NCBI GenBank assembly: GCA_047967505.1
Contig: CM106538.1
Length of the DNA: 64,000 nt
Reading direction: 5' to 3' (one strand)
DNA from: Dipteris shenzhenensis
Lineage: Eukaryota
Part shown: positions 25,792 to 37,765 of the stretch, piece by piece
Layout of the letters: every line of letters begins with the position of its first letter
Numbering within the stretch: the first letter of the stretch is position 1
Notes under the pieces: generated by a model
What the model saw: only the letters and a program-made list of their open reading frames with translations
The model's database searches: none
Told to the model about the DNA's origin: nothing
Program-made: the position numbers and the translations under genes

Positions 25792-26412
25792 TGTTAGATA
25801 TGCTCAATGTCCCACCCTCCTGGTAACCACCAGTGGTCTAAGGTGTTTAAGTCGTAAGGCCCCCATATGAGGAGAAGCCATGTGTGAGCTCGGGACACTG
25901 GATGGATCGTGACTTGCATGTCAGATGAGGTCTATCAATGAGACCGTTGATGGTAGAAAGGTGATTGTGTAGGAGCCCCTTATTCTTGTTGGGGCTTGGG
26001 GGCCAGCGGCCCCCCTGGTGGGGATTCGGGGGTGGGAGTCCCTGAGGCGATAGTATAGGAAATATTCCTTGAATATTCCATGGACGACTAGTCGGCTCCA
26101 CCGACTAGGTTGACTGGTCGACTCCACCGACTACGTTGATTTGACTACCGCCCTCATAGCTATAAAAAGGCGACCTCCCCAATCCATTGTAGTAGATCAG
26201 TTCAGATCAGATCAGATCTTCCAGCTAGTAGCTCTTCACCTAGTATCTATCTAGATCGCCATCTAAGCTCCACTGTGGGAGCGCACGGGTGGACGGAGCC
26301 ATCATTTGTACTACATTAGTATTGAAGGAAAAGTTTGTTCCACTCCAGTTTGTTGTGTACTCTCTATTCTTTGTTCAGTTTCTGTTTCGCTGCGCCGTAG
26401 TGTAATTTAACA
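25792..26412 (+). mobile_element. Solo LTR (621 bp)
   Basis: TGTTAGA...TTTAACA termini, flanking 5-bp TSD gtaag/gtaaa (1 mismatch) and TATA box ctataaaa at ~26159. Confidence 0.8.
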
Positions 26413-28149
26413 GTAAACCCTAGGCCAAATGAGGACGATGCGTAAGAATGGTAAGGAGTGGAGATTGCAAACGTTTGATGTGATGGAATGCATCCGACGT
26501 TGCATATTTCCTAGTAGCGAGTTTTCCGCCCATGGTTATTCAAAGGTACTTTCCAAGGTTTTTATCCTTTGATGTCCGTCTGCCCTTGAATATTACTTTG
26601 GATACATCTTTTCTCGCGGGACTAATGTCAACACGGTACAACAGCCGGTTATGGATCTCAAGTTCTAGTTTATAACGCACGTTCTCCCTAAATCTTGTAG
26701 GCAACCACGCCTTCGTACACTGGGCGAAGCGTATCCAAGGTCCATGTGGATGAGAATGGATGTGGTGACGAAAATGCATGCTTCTCCTTTCTCACGAGTG
26801 GTGATTGGGACCTTGCTGTAAAGGATGCTATCATGCTGTTATGGCTCGTAGTGTATCGATCGGGTTCACACTGCTCAAGTCTGCATGTCGAAGGGGCGGC
26901 ATTCAAGTTTTGACTCGGGGGAAGCATATCCATTCGACCAACTAAAAATCAATATATGCAGCCTCACGCTCGGTTACAGCATACATTATATGCTGCCACG
27001 CGTAATTCAGGGTCAAGCACAGGGAGTCGGTGCTCACGTACCAAAGATGAAAGCTTGGCAGCAATTGCACAATGGATGAAAAACATGCTAATAAGAAACT
27101 AATTACTGCAATGCTTAATTCCATGGGATAATAAAGACGATGCTTGGAATTAAATTCGAGGATTAGAGTATAAATTGTTCAGCTAAAAACCAAGCTGCTC
27201 GTAGGGAAGACTTTTTGAAAGGAATCATTCTGCATGGGAAAAACGACAATGGTTGCCGCCAACGATACTGATACGAGTCGAATCAATCTAGATGTGCTTA
27301 TTGGTATTGTATAAACTCGACGGGGCTTATTGCCCTTCCTGACGATTTTTGCGTTACAAGGTATATGATGCGGAGGTATCGAAATTTTCTCGTTTGCCGG
27401 CCCCTGCATTATTTATAACGTAAGCTCTCGCACGTTCAAATTTCAATCCATTTGCACAAGCTGTTTCCATTCGATTGATACGCCACCAGACAACACTGTT
27501 GAACCATTTTTCAACCTCGTGTGCCCAAATTTGTCATCGATGTGAATCCCTTGCCACCAGCAGTTCTTCCTGCTCTCAACGAATTATCTTACGACACATA
27601 CACTCTTGCTTTTGCCACTTCCCCACGATTAAGTTTTTTCGGAAAGAGAACTAATAAGAAAAATATTTCGTGTTATAGGTTTAAAATTATAAACTCACCT
27701 TGTAGACGGACTCATGGTAATCAATAAGATTTGGTATGTTTTTCTTTCCAGAAAAAACTTGACGGATCGTCAAAAACATAAACTCTCTAAAAATAATGAT
27801 ACGTCAAAACACCTCTCTATAAAAATAATGAGACACATGCATTCTGGCACTCTTCTTATGACCCTTACCTCCCCCTTTTAGAAAGCCACTAAGGTTTTTC
27901 TTTGGGATGTCAAACATCGTAAACTTGTTGCAGTGAGAATTCAATCACGGTTGGATCTGGGTAATTGACCTTTTTTTTTAAAATCCAATCACATCAAGGA
28001 TAACAAATTCAAGGAAAACATTATTGTTATGCTTGGCAAACAAGGGCATGAAGTTACTAGAGATAAATGTAGCACATGTTATGTAGTGTGACATTTCCAA
28101 CATTGTAGGCTCTCAATCCACTCCTATAGGAGACTATGGCATGTGCGTG

Positions 28150-30560
28150 ACTCGGTTCCTTGAACCTACTCCACCTGTCATCTCACAATACGACTCAAGC
28201 ACTTTCCTCCAATGCTTTTGCTCTAATGCCCTTTCAATTTGTTATACTCTCCATGGCAACAGAGAAGCTATTGGCCCTAACGGGACTCTAGTCGACTCTT
28301 ATAATATTTTTGAAAACTTTGTGGCAAGGATCTTACAATGCTATTAAACCACTATTGCATGACAGGGCATCTTCCTCCTCCTATTAATCATGGTGTTATA
28401 AAATTCATCCCTAAGTTGGTGAATTGCTTACACTACAAGGACTAGCACCTATTTACCATGCTAAATGCACAATGTAAAATACTAGGTAGGGCAATGGCTA
28501 TGCAAGTCGAATTCATACTTGCTAGGGTCTTGTGCCCTTGACAATATGGTTTCTCCGTGGTCGAAAGATCCATCATGCTATTCTAAATATGTTGCTTGGT
28601 GCATATTTTCCCCTTAACTCAAAATCATAAATTTCCCTCTTGAATTTCGATTTGGAAAATAGCCTACGACTACATGAGTTGGTCATCTTGCTAAAGTTTG
28701 GCTTGCTTTTGCACTATGACTAAGACTCTACTTTCCAGTGTTGTAGTAAACATATTTATTAATTGTTATCACTATGAGACTGTAGTGTTCATTCTGCCAA
28801 GGATCGCAATTCATGCCATTGCTCTTCACCATTATCCCTTAACCGTTGCTCTGTTAACTTGACTATTACCTTGATACATGATCAAATCGCAGAGTGCCAC
28901 TGCTATATGATTCTTTCTTTTCTTCTCAACTTTTTGGTAACAATCGATAATACTAATATCTTAGTTGCAGATAGTGTAACTTTTAATAAGAAAACAGAGA
29001 TGTAAGTCATTGGGGAAATCTTCCCCTAGAGAGTTATGAAAGTGTAGGTTATTGGGTGAATCTTTCCCAAGGCAGAGTTACAAATATCATCCCATGCTAC
29101 CTTTTTCAAGGCTTTAATGCTTGAAGTTCATAAGTAGATTTTTAACAAGATAGAATTTGAGAATTTTAACCTTATAGATGGTTGTAGATGACTTATGCCA
29201 ATCGATATGAGTACTTCGACGGCTAAACTTGGACCTTATAGGAGGAAGTTATGTAAATTTGTCGTGAATTTATCAAATTTAAAGCTCTAAATTTTAGCCC
29301 CTCAACTACCATTGGGTGAACATTCACCCCTAAAATTTACCTTGGTAGTGGATCAAGATGGAGGCCTTGATATTGTCATGAGTATTTACACTGCATTAGT
29401 AGATGTTTCGGACTCCAGCTAATCTTGACACTGGGGATGGAAAATCTATTGCTAGATTGGGAGGCCTCTTTGCAATCACTACTATGGTTAACTCAGTATG
29501 ACTTCACATAAATTCTACTTTATAGCACATATCCCTTAGGAGTTGAGTTTTCTTAGGAAACAACGTTTAGATTGGTGCTTCAACAAAGTGCAAATGAAAT
29601 TCCATAAATGGCATGATAAACATTTATCACTCCTCAACTAGGTTACTATCCTTTAAAACATTCTTTCTCCACTCATGGTGTATGTTTCTAGATCTTTCCA
29701 TTCTCCCAAAGTGGATTCCTAGTGTTGAAAAACTCTCTAAAGAATTCCTATGGCAGGATCAATGGCATTCCTTTCCTTAGCATTTCACTACTACAGCTAA
29801 ATGTAAAGGTGGGATTAGCCTAAAATCCTTCCAAGACGAATGCGATGGCATCTGCAAATTGCACTCCCAATGACCATGGGTAGTTATTGCTAAATATTGG
29901 ATTGAGCAATAAGGTGCGCTAGCAGTTAATCGTGATAGCAACTGATGGAAAGGACTCCTATTGTCTGAGTTTTAACTAAAGATTGCTCGTTCGGAATTGT
30001 CCACTTAACTGATTCAAGTTTGGAGAAGAAATTTTGGCAATTGTGATTTAAGTTCAAGAATCGTAGTTAAAATAGGCACCGTTTGATTCATGTACACTTT
30101 GGAGTATTCATCTTAGGAGAGCTTGACCGAAAATACTCTCTAACATGTTGAGCTTCCTCTCATGGGGTATCTTGCCACTAAAGATCAGCTCATCAACTAG
30201 AAGGACTTCTCGAGGTTGCCCGTTTTTTTGCAATGTTAGAATGGAAGGAGTCGCTTTCATGTTTTTTGGAATTGTATCATAACACGATCATTAGAGCGGA
30301 ACATCCAACAACGTTTCTTTAATTCTCAAATTCTCATTCATTCAAGTGGAATCATGCTTTACTTGGTGAAAAAGGAAATTTAGTGATGCTCAGCTTCGAG
30401 TGTGGCATCTTATTAGAGCTTGCATCATACAACATATTTGGAAGTAGAGGAATCTTATTGTATTTCATTGCACAAAACTGGCGTCAGACTTTATCAAGCT
30501 ACTAAATCTAAACTTTTAGAAATTTTAACATTCTTGAGTTGTGAGTTTGATTACACTTTA
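28150..30560 (+). mobile_element. Highly degenerate L1-clade LINE ORF2 (RT + C-terminal zinc finger)
   Basis: Colinear relics INHGVIKFIPK, QYGF..GRKIHHAILN, DLE.AYD, QG..PLLF, YPLGV, KFHKW.DKHLSL and CP.C..HVFWNC. An unrelated insert interrupts it at ~28980-29470. Confidence 0.75.
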
Positions 30561-32018
30561 CAATGATTAGAATGGTGTGTCTACAAAGTGTGTGCTGAGC
30601 AATTAGGTGTTTTAAGCACGGAAGTGCTATGAGATTTTTTATCTGAATTTCCTCTCAAAATATGGCATTCAGAGCTGTTGACAAAACTCATTGTCATTTG
30701 GTGAAAAGGCATTGGGCGATGCAAATGGTTAGGCACGTGATGTCTATGAGGAGACACGTCTTTGGGTCTCAACATATGGATAAACAATTGGCCATTTTGC
30801 AAAAACATAGCCCCTATTCAATTTCGTCCACGTCTAGGTAAGTGACTTAACAATAGGGGTCACTACCTCAACATGTATATGCTGACTGTGGACTATAGGT
30901 ACAGTTCTCACACGATCGGTCGACTTACAGGGTTGGGCTTATTGCAGAGGAAACAACTTATGAGGCTTGTCTCTTTGCGATTTCCCTTAAGGTTCAACTT
31001 ATATATCTTGTGCAGTGTAGGCTTCTTGGAATATCAAGTTCGCCCTTGCATCTTCGTAGGTGTGGTCAACAACCCCTTCTAACCATCTAAATTTCATACT
31101 ATGAAGAATGGTGACCTGCAAACTTCCTAACAAGTACTACATTACCAAATGCAAGGATATTTCAACAATTTTCTCTCTTAGTAATGGTTGCTTGGAAAGT
31201 TAGTTTCATTTGTTCTGTGCATTTGTCACATCTCGGTTGTTATGGAGGTTTATACATAGCTAGTTGACTAAAGTGTAGATTGTCCTTCCTATAAAATGGA
31301 AAGTAGCCCTTCATCTGATTTGTGACTATTATTTTATAGAAGATTCAATGGGGAGCTTCTCACGTCCACATTATGCTCACACGTCAACATTGAAGGTAAA
31401 TGTGTCACAAGTCCCTATCAAACTAGGAAGATGGATGGAATGCCAAACTGTCAAAGTAGCATTTGTCACAAATGAAAACGCTGACGAAAGCTTAACAGGA
31501 GCCTCCTGAGGGCCCTCTGCATCCATGAAATGCCCATGGGTTGGCAATTCTTTAAAAAAACTACCTCCAAGGGCATTTCACATATAAGGGAAAAGCCAAC
31601 ATTGGGCTTTTTTCGTATGTGGGGGGGCCCGCAGGAGGCTACAATGGGGACCTGCGGCGCTTCTCCACAACTGCATTCTAACATTTTCTTGCTTTGATGT
31701 GACCCGCGACTCATCTTCCATCGATATTCATGCGCTTAGATTTGATTGTGACATGAGGACGTACACAATTCATTTTCTGCAAAATAATTGGCCGCGATTG
31801 CAATTCCCACCCAACTCCAGACCTTCATGTCCTTCCTGAAGGTCTCAAGTATAATCTTGGAAGACATGCTTATAATGTATGCCCTTTAGGGACTGGGTCA
31901 AGGTGTATTTTCCCCCCTTTTTTTGTCTTAATTTAACTTTTCTGAAAAAACAAGTTGAATGCTCATAATCATTCATAAGGCATGCCTTAGATGTGGAGCA
32001 TGGAAAAGAGGATGGAGA

Positions 32019-32066
<48 letters not shown>

Positions 32067-33035
32067 AAGGAGGATTTTTAGGGGAAAGAGAGAGAGAATG
32101 GGGATTATGTGGAAGTTAAACTCTAGTTGCATGTGGAATATGTCCAAATATGGGAAATTTTTTTTTGGAAAATAACAAGGTGAATTAATTAAATGGGCCT
32201 CTTCTGTGGAAAAAGAGGGCGGAATCCTAAGTGAGGGAGAGAGAGAATACGAGGATAGGATGGAGGACTCAGTGAAATTGGAGATGTTGTGAGGAAAGTA
32301 TGAAAGACTGGAATGAAACTGGCCTAGATTCTTCAGCCCAATTTCATTACTAGGACAGGCCAAAAATGGTAATTTCAATTCTTGAAGGTGAGTTTCATTA
32401 CTAATGCTACCTTTGAGGCAGTCCAACTTTCAGGCACGCCAAAAAAGTTCAGAGTGCACTCTTAGCGAGAGCTTTCCCCATCACCTCCATGCTAATTGGG
32501 GCTCCCACAGTCCACTCCGCCTGCTTAGAGCTTTGAAATCCTCGTCCAGTTGACTTTGTTAGTCATGACTCCACTTTCGCCTGTATCCGCTCCCCCAAGC
32601 TCGTGATTTCCTATGGACTGCCAATATTAGGCTATCTTTCCCTCCCGGTCAACTTGCTCCAGCTTCCTCGTCTGTCTGCAGCCTGACCCGATTCGCCCAT
32701 ATCGTGAAGTCGGGGCGCGTGTCCTGTAGTTTGAAGATCGAATCTGCCATCGACCCCTTGCACCTTTAAAAAGCCTCGTTGCTTGCCTCTAGGCTGACTC
32801 ATTGAGTCTAGTTCGGAAGAGTGTAGTCTCGTTCATCGTCTTTAGTGTTTGAAATAACTTAAAAAGAAGCCCGCCTTCGCTCCGCTGTGATATAGGGCCC
32901 CCGTCGTGTAAACGCAGTTTGTCGTAACGGATTCCAGGCGCTTCCCGGCCTGAGCCTTCTAGAATCTAGTATACCCTCGTTTGTGCCAAACCGTCCTTGG
33001 GCAAGTTCGAGATTACTAGTTTAGTCTTGCAGCCA

Positions 33036-35585
33036 ATGAGCGTCTATGCAAGAATGTTCCAGCCATATATCTTTATGCAAGCCCAAGAAAGTAGCAAAGA
33101 GGAGACAGGCAAGCATCATGGTGTAGCGCCAACGGAGGCTGAGAAGGACTATGATCCCATGCACGAAGGAAGCGATGTCAGCTGCCGAGACTGGCTTGAA
33201 TTGATAACGAGGAGAGATGAAGAAGAGATGGACCATGATCCTATCAATCTGCCCGGTACTTCCGGTGAGGGTGAGGAGACATCCAAATCCCAATTAGATC
33301 AGGCTGATTCCACATGTTTCTTCGATACTGGTGATCAGGCCGATGTCTTGACGTGCCTCCAACTGAATTTGGGCAGTTCTACATTGAGTAGGAGCCGCTG
33401 TTCGCCAGTTCAAGCTGACAAGGCAGCGCAAGTGGTATGGCAAGGTCAATCGAACCGTGCCTGCACCGAAATCTCGCTCGAGAGCCTATCTGATGCTAAC
33501 CGATCGCGAGCAACATTGCCAGACCTAGTAGAAAGTCTGCACTCGGCTCCAGCGTCTTCTTCTGCAAGCCCTACAGAGATCGATGCACCTGGAAGCAAGG
33601 GGATAGATGCATGTGTTCCCAGAAGTAGTAAGCAGGATGATGATGAGCAATCTCAAGGCCAAAACGAGTTGAAGGATCCGTCGAGGAAGGGTGCATTCCC
33701 TGATGGCGAGAACGACACTACTAAAAGGCAGCGGTTAGGTCTCGATAGCTTAATCACGGCGAAGGCGAGCTCTAACTCCATCCAACACACTCGACCTTTC
33801 AACCCGTCTCGATGCTGTGATTACGTTTACGTGAAGCAGGGAGCAGGATCGGGGGCACAGAAACTTGCCAGCTGCCCGAAAGTACAATTCGCCAAGTCAG
33901 AGACTTCTGCACAGAAACCGAATTCGAAGCCTGATGATGTAGGTGCGGGACCGTTGCCAGCGTTTCAGTTGAGGTGCAGTGTCAGCCCGCAGAGATTGGG
34001 AGATGAATCTCAATCCAGCAATCCTCCTCCAGGTCCTCGACCGACGCCTGACTCTAGAAGTTCGGAAAACCTAGCGGGCCGGAAAAGGCTATGTACAGAG
34101 TCGCGGTCTGGCCCTTGGAACCGATGTCATTCGGTGCAATCTGTGATCGATCTGAACGAGGACGATGGCGAGGACAGCACGGCTGCACCAGCGCCGAGGA
34201 GGGCGAGCTGCAGGGAGATTGTGAACACGAGGCTAGAGCTGCGGGCGTCATCGACGGAAGTAAGGATGAGGACGCCAGAGAGGGTGATGAAGGAGGAGGA
34301 GGGGGAGGGGGAGGAGCTGGAGGAGGAAGGGGAGGAGGGGGGGGTGTCGTTGGAGCTGGAGCTGAACGGGGGGGGTGGGAGGAGGAAGGAGGCGTGGAAG
34401 TCGCAGTCGAAGTCGAGCCGGAGGAGGAGCAAGGAGGAGGAGGAGGGAGGGGAGGTGCTGGACGTGCTACTGAGGTGCGCGATGGCGATAACGGGGAACG
34501 AAAAGGAAAAAGTGAAGGGGCTATTGAAGGAGCTGTATGGGAGGGCGACGCTGTATGGGGATTCGATGCAGAGGTTGGCGGTGTATTTCGCGGAGGGGAT
34601 GGTGGCGAGGTTGGTGAGGAAGGGGTCGGCGGTGTTTGAGAAGCTGATGCTGAGGGGCGGCGGCGGAGGGGGGGCGGAGGAGATGTTTCAAGTGTTTGCG
34701 ACGCTGAACAAGGTAACGCCGCTGGTGCAGTTTGCGCACTTCACCGCCAATCAGGCTATTTTGGACGCCGTTGGTGCAGTTGGCGTTTCGTCCATTCATA
34801 TTATCGATTTGAATATTTCGCATGGCATCCAATGGCCGGCGCTGATATCTGCCTTGGCTTCCCGCGCCGGCGGACCTCCGTCGCTTCGTATCACGGGCAT
34901 CGGCGGCGATCAGCGGCAGCTGCTCGCCACCGGCGTCCGCCTCCGGCGCTTCGCCGCCTCCTCCGGCGTCAACCTCAAGTTCTCCCCCCTCATCGCCGGC
35001 GGCGCCGCCGCCGACGCCCACCTCGCCGCCCTCGAAGCCTACACCCCACAAAACTCCCCCGCCCAACTCACCGTCGTCAACTGCATCACCCACCTCCACC
35101 GCCTCCTCGCCTCCGGTGACTCCTCCATCTCCCGCTTCGCCCTCGCCGCCCGCCGCGCTGGCTCCTCCCTGATCACCCTCGTCGAAACCGAAGCCAACCA
35201 CAACGCCTCCACCTTCGTTGGCCGCTTCATGGAAGCCCTCCACTACTACGCCGCCATCTTCGACGCCCTCGACGCCTCCCTCCCCAAGCGCAGCCCCGAG
35301 CGCCTCCGCCTCGAGCAGCTCTACTTCGCCAACCACATCAAGAATATCCTCGCCTACGACGGCGCCGAGCGCTTGCAGCGCCACGAGCCCGCCGCCCTCT
35401 GGCGCCGTCGCCTCCTCGCCGCTGGCCTCCGCCAGGGTCACTTCAGCTCCTCCGCCATCATGCAGGCAAGGCTTCTCCTGCAGATGCGTAGCTGCCAAGG
35501 ATACCGTCTCTCCGAGCAACCTGGGGGCTTCCTCTCTCTGGCATGGCACGACAAGAACCTTCTTACCGCCTCTACCTGGTCCTGA
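33036..35585 (+). CDS. GRAS family transcription factor, LAS/SCL18/MOC1-like, with ~470-aa disordered N-terminus
   Basis: LLRCA..GDSMQRLAVYFAEG, LNKVTPLVQFAHFTANQAILDA, IHIID..GIQWPAL..GGPPSLRITG, VVNC..LH, RFMEALHYYAAIFD and a terminal LAW..TASTW (SAW motif). First ATG at 33036; subfamily assigned by eye. Confidence 0.93.
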   Translation: MSVYARMFQPYIFMQAQESSKEETGKHHGVAPTEAEKDYDPMHEGSDVSCRDWLELITRRDEEEMDHDPINLPGTSGEGEETSKSQLDQADSTCFFDTGDQADVLTCLQLNLGSSTLSRSRCSPVQADKAAQVVWQGQSNRACTEISLESLSDANRSRATLPDLVESLHSAPASSSASPTEIDAPGSKGIDACVPRSSKQDDDEQSQGQNELKDPSRKGAFPDGENDTTKRQRLGLDSLITAKASSNSIQHTRPFNPSRCCDYVYVKQGAGSGAQKLASCPKVQFAKSETSAQKPNSKPDDVGAGPLPAFQLRCSVSPQRLGDESQSSNPPPGPRPTPDSRSSENLAGRKRLCTESRSGPWNRCHSVQSVIDLNEDDGEDSTAAPAPRRASCREIVNTRLELRASSTEVRMRTPERVMKEEEGEGEELEEEGEEGGVSLELELNGGGGRRKEAWKSQSKSSRRRSKEEEEGGEVLDVLLRCAMAITGNEKEKVKGLLKELYGRATLYGDSMQRLAVYFAEGMVARLVRKGSAVFEKLMLRGGGGGGAEEMFQVFATLNKVTPLVQFAHFTANQAILDAVGAVGVSSIHIIDLNISHGIQWPALISALASRAGGPPSLRITGIGGDQRQLLATGVRLRRFAASSGVNLKFSPLIAGGAAADAHLAALEAYTPQNSPAQLTVVNCITHLHRLLASGDSSISRFALAARRAGSSLITLVETEANHNASTFVGRFMEALHYYAAIFDALDASLPKRSPERLRLEQLYFANHIKNILAYDGAERLQRHEPAALWRRRLLAAGLRQGHFSSSAIMQARLLLQMRSCQGYRLSEQPGGFLSLAWHDKNLLTASTWS

Positions 35586-36529
35586 TCTTGTTATCTTGCA
35601 TTGTGAGTGTCACTTTTTTCGACATACTTCCTGACATTAATCTTATTTACCTTGTCACTGTAATTCTTTGTTAATGTGCAAGTGCCTTACGTCCATTTCT
35701 CATGTATGTTGATTATTTAGAGTTCAGAGTCCCGCGCGGGCTTCGTTCCATGAGAAATCCTATTGCACTTAATCGTGACACTTCTCACTTGCACCACGGC
35801 CAAGAGCTCACACTTCTCACTTTCACCACGGCCAAGAGCTGCCGAGACATGGCCAACCATAACGAAGGGTCGCGAATCCATCCATCTTCGGGTCTTGGAT
35901 CAGGATGACTACTACAGAAAAGCAGAGCCTACCAACGATGGAGAGCGGGGGGAGGGGCTAGAGAGGGCTTATGTGAGCTAGTGTGCTCAAATAACCCATC
36001 TTTCTAATTCATTGAATCTTAATAAACTTATTCTTCGTTTGTGCTTGCTGGCCGTTTGGTTCCTATTGTTGAGAGTAAACTATTGAAAACAGCGTACGAG
36101 TGTAGTAGTAATCGAATGTATATTTCAAGAGGTGAATGAATCGTGCGTACAAATAGAGTGGGAGAGACGGTTGCCAAGAGGTGCGCCTCTTTGCATCGCA
36201 TCGTGGGTGCGTTTGATCACTTCATTACATTTGACGATTATGAATGGCGTGATACTTGTACTGAGTTGTTGTGAAATTTCAAGATATCAAAAAATGAAGA
36301 ACCCAATCCCTTTGATCAACCCGAACATTGTTGTGCAAATAATCCCTACCCCGTGATCTTGTCTATCCATCTATTTTTGGTTGTTAGGATGTTTGAGAAT
36401 CGAAGTTGTGTTTCCAACGAAAATGGATCCTAAGACGATATAATTGTTGATGGCAACCCATGGTACTTGAAAACATGTTGAAAGTAAAACCTAGTCATTT
36501 CCTTAGGAGAGACTTGTTCCTTAGTGAAG

Positions 36530-37050
36530 GAATAAAATTAGCCCACAAGGATAGCTATGAAGACATGGCCCAGTGCCGATAGAGACATAATGAGATACAT
36601 GCAGATTGCATCCCATTGCCTAGAGGGCACTCTCATCATTTGTAACTGATCTACCTTCTTCGTATGTTCCGCACAAATAATCTGCTTTTCTTCTACATAG
36701 AGAATGACATCCTCTATCTTATACATGCCCTAGGTTTCTTTCCATTCTTCAATATGTTGCACGATGCCCTAAAAATAGGTATCCTTAGCAACCGCATTGA
36801 TTCTAATCGTGTCTTTGAGGGTTCCTCTTACCACACTAATGGGCATCAGTTCTTCCTTTTGACTTAATGTATGAAGCATAGCATTCTGCTTCACTTTCTT
36901 GTACATGATGATGATATCAAATTTTGCAATGAAATATTGCCATCTATCTTGCTTCTCTATCAACTTAGGTTGTGTATGAACATGTTCACAAACTGAGATG
37001 TTGCTTGTAAACACATTTGTATGCTTGTCCTACATATAGTGCTTCCATTT
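36530..37050 (-). mobile_element. Ty3/gypsy pol fragment (RNase H end to integrase start)
   Basis: KWKHY..TQPKL..QDRW..FIAKFD...YKKVKQNA..TLS, then RVPSRQWDAICM. It continues the 44333-45800 fragment. Confidence 0.75.
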
Positions 37051-37128
37051 TCGAACACAACAACACAAAGCAACTATAGACGCGCTTGGTAGACGTGCAA
37101 AATAGCGGGCGCGTCTATAGGTGTTACT

Positions 37129-37375
37129 CTCGGGGGGGTCACTCATCATATGTAACTCTATCACGTGAGTTCAACAAAAGGATATTTTTTATTTCTAAAA
37201 TTTACAGAAATAAATATACATAAGGGACTATTTTAAATAGTTTTGGAAAAAAATTACAGATTTGTATAGAAAAGGGGTACATTTTATTAATGAAAAATTT
37301 TACAGATAAGGGATTTTAAATATAGGCCTTGAACGCACGTGATATAGAGGGTTTGTACATAGTGACCCCCCCGAG
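37129..37375. mobile_element. hAT-type MITE (247 bp) nested in the transposon subterminus
   Basis: Perfect 15-bp TIR CTCGGGGGGGTCACT and perfect 8-bp TSD GTGTTACT. Confidence 0.92.
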
Positions 37376-37765
37376 GTGTTACTCTAATAGAGAAATTACG
37401 GGCGCGTCTATAGGCGCGGCTAAATGCTCGTCTATTTGCACGTAAATCACCGTGTTTATTTGCGCGTTAGATCTGAGAAAATACGAGCCCGTCTAACATC
37501 CCGTTTATTAGCGCGTCTATTTGCGCGTGTATTTGCGCGTTTATTTGCGCGTTTACACTGAGACTCAGACACGCATTTAGACGCGTAAATAGACGCGCTC
37601 CAGAGAATACGGAAAGTGAGATTTTGGTGTACATCATTGCTTTCCAAACATTGCCCATGATTACCAAAGCACATAATTTTTTGCAAGCCCACATATACAA
37701 GAATTAAGGGAAATGAGGAGAATGAGACAATATGTAAAATAGTTTTGCCAATATCAATTGTGGGG

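Noticed and set aside
34521-35549. 342-aa antisense ORF and alternative-frame ORFs over the GRAS gene
   Set aside because: Explained by extreme GC3 bias removing stop codons; no recognisable domain.
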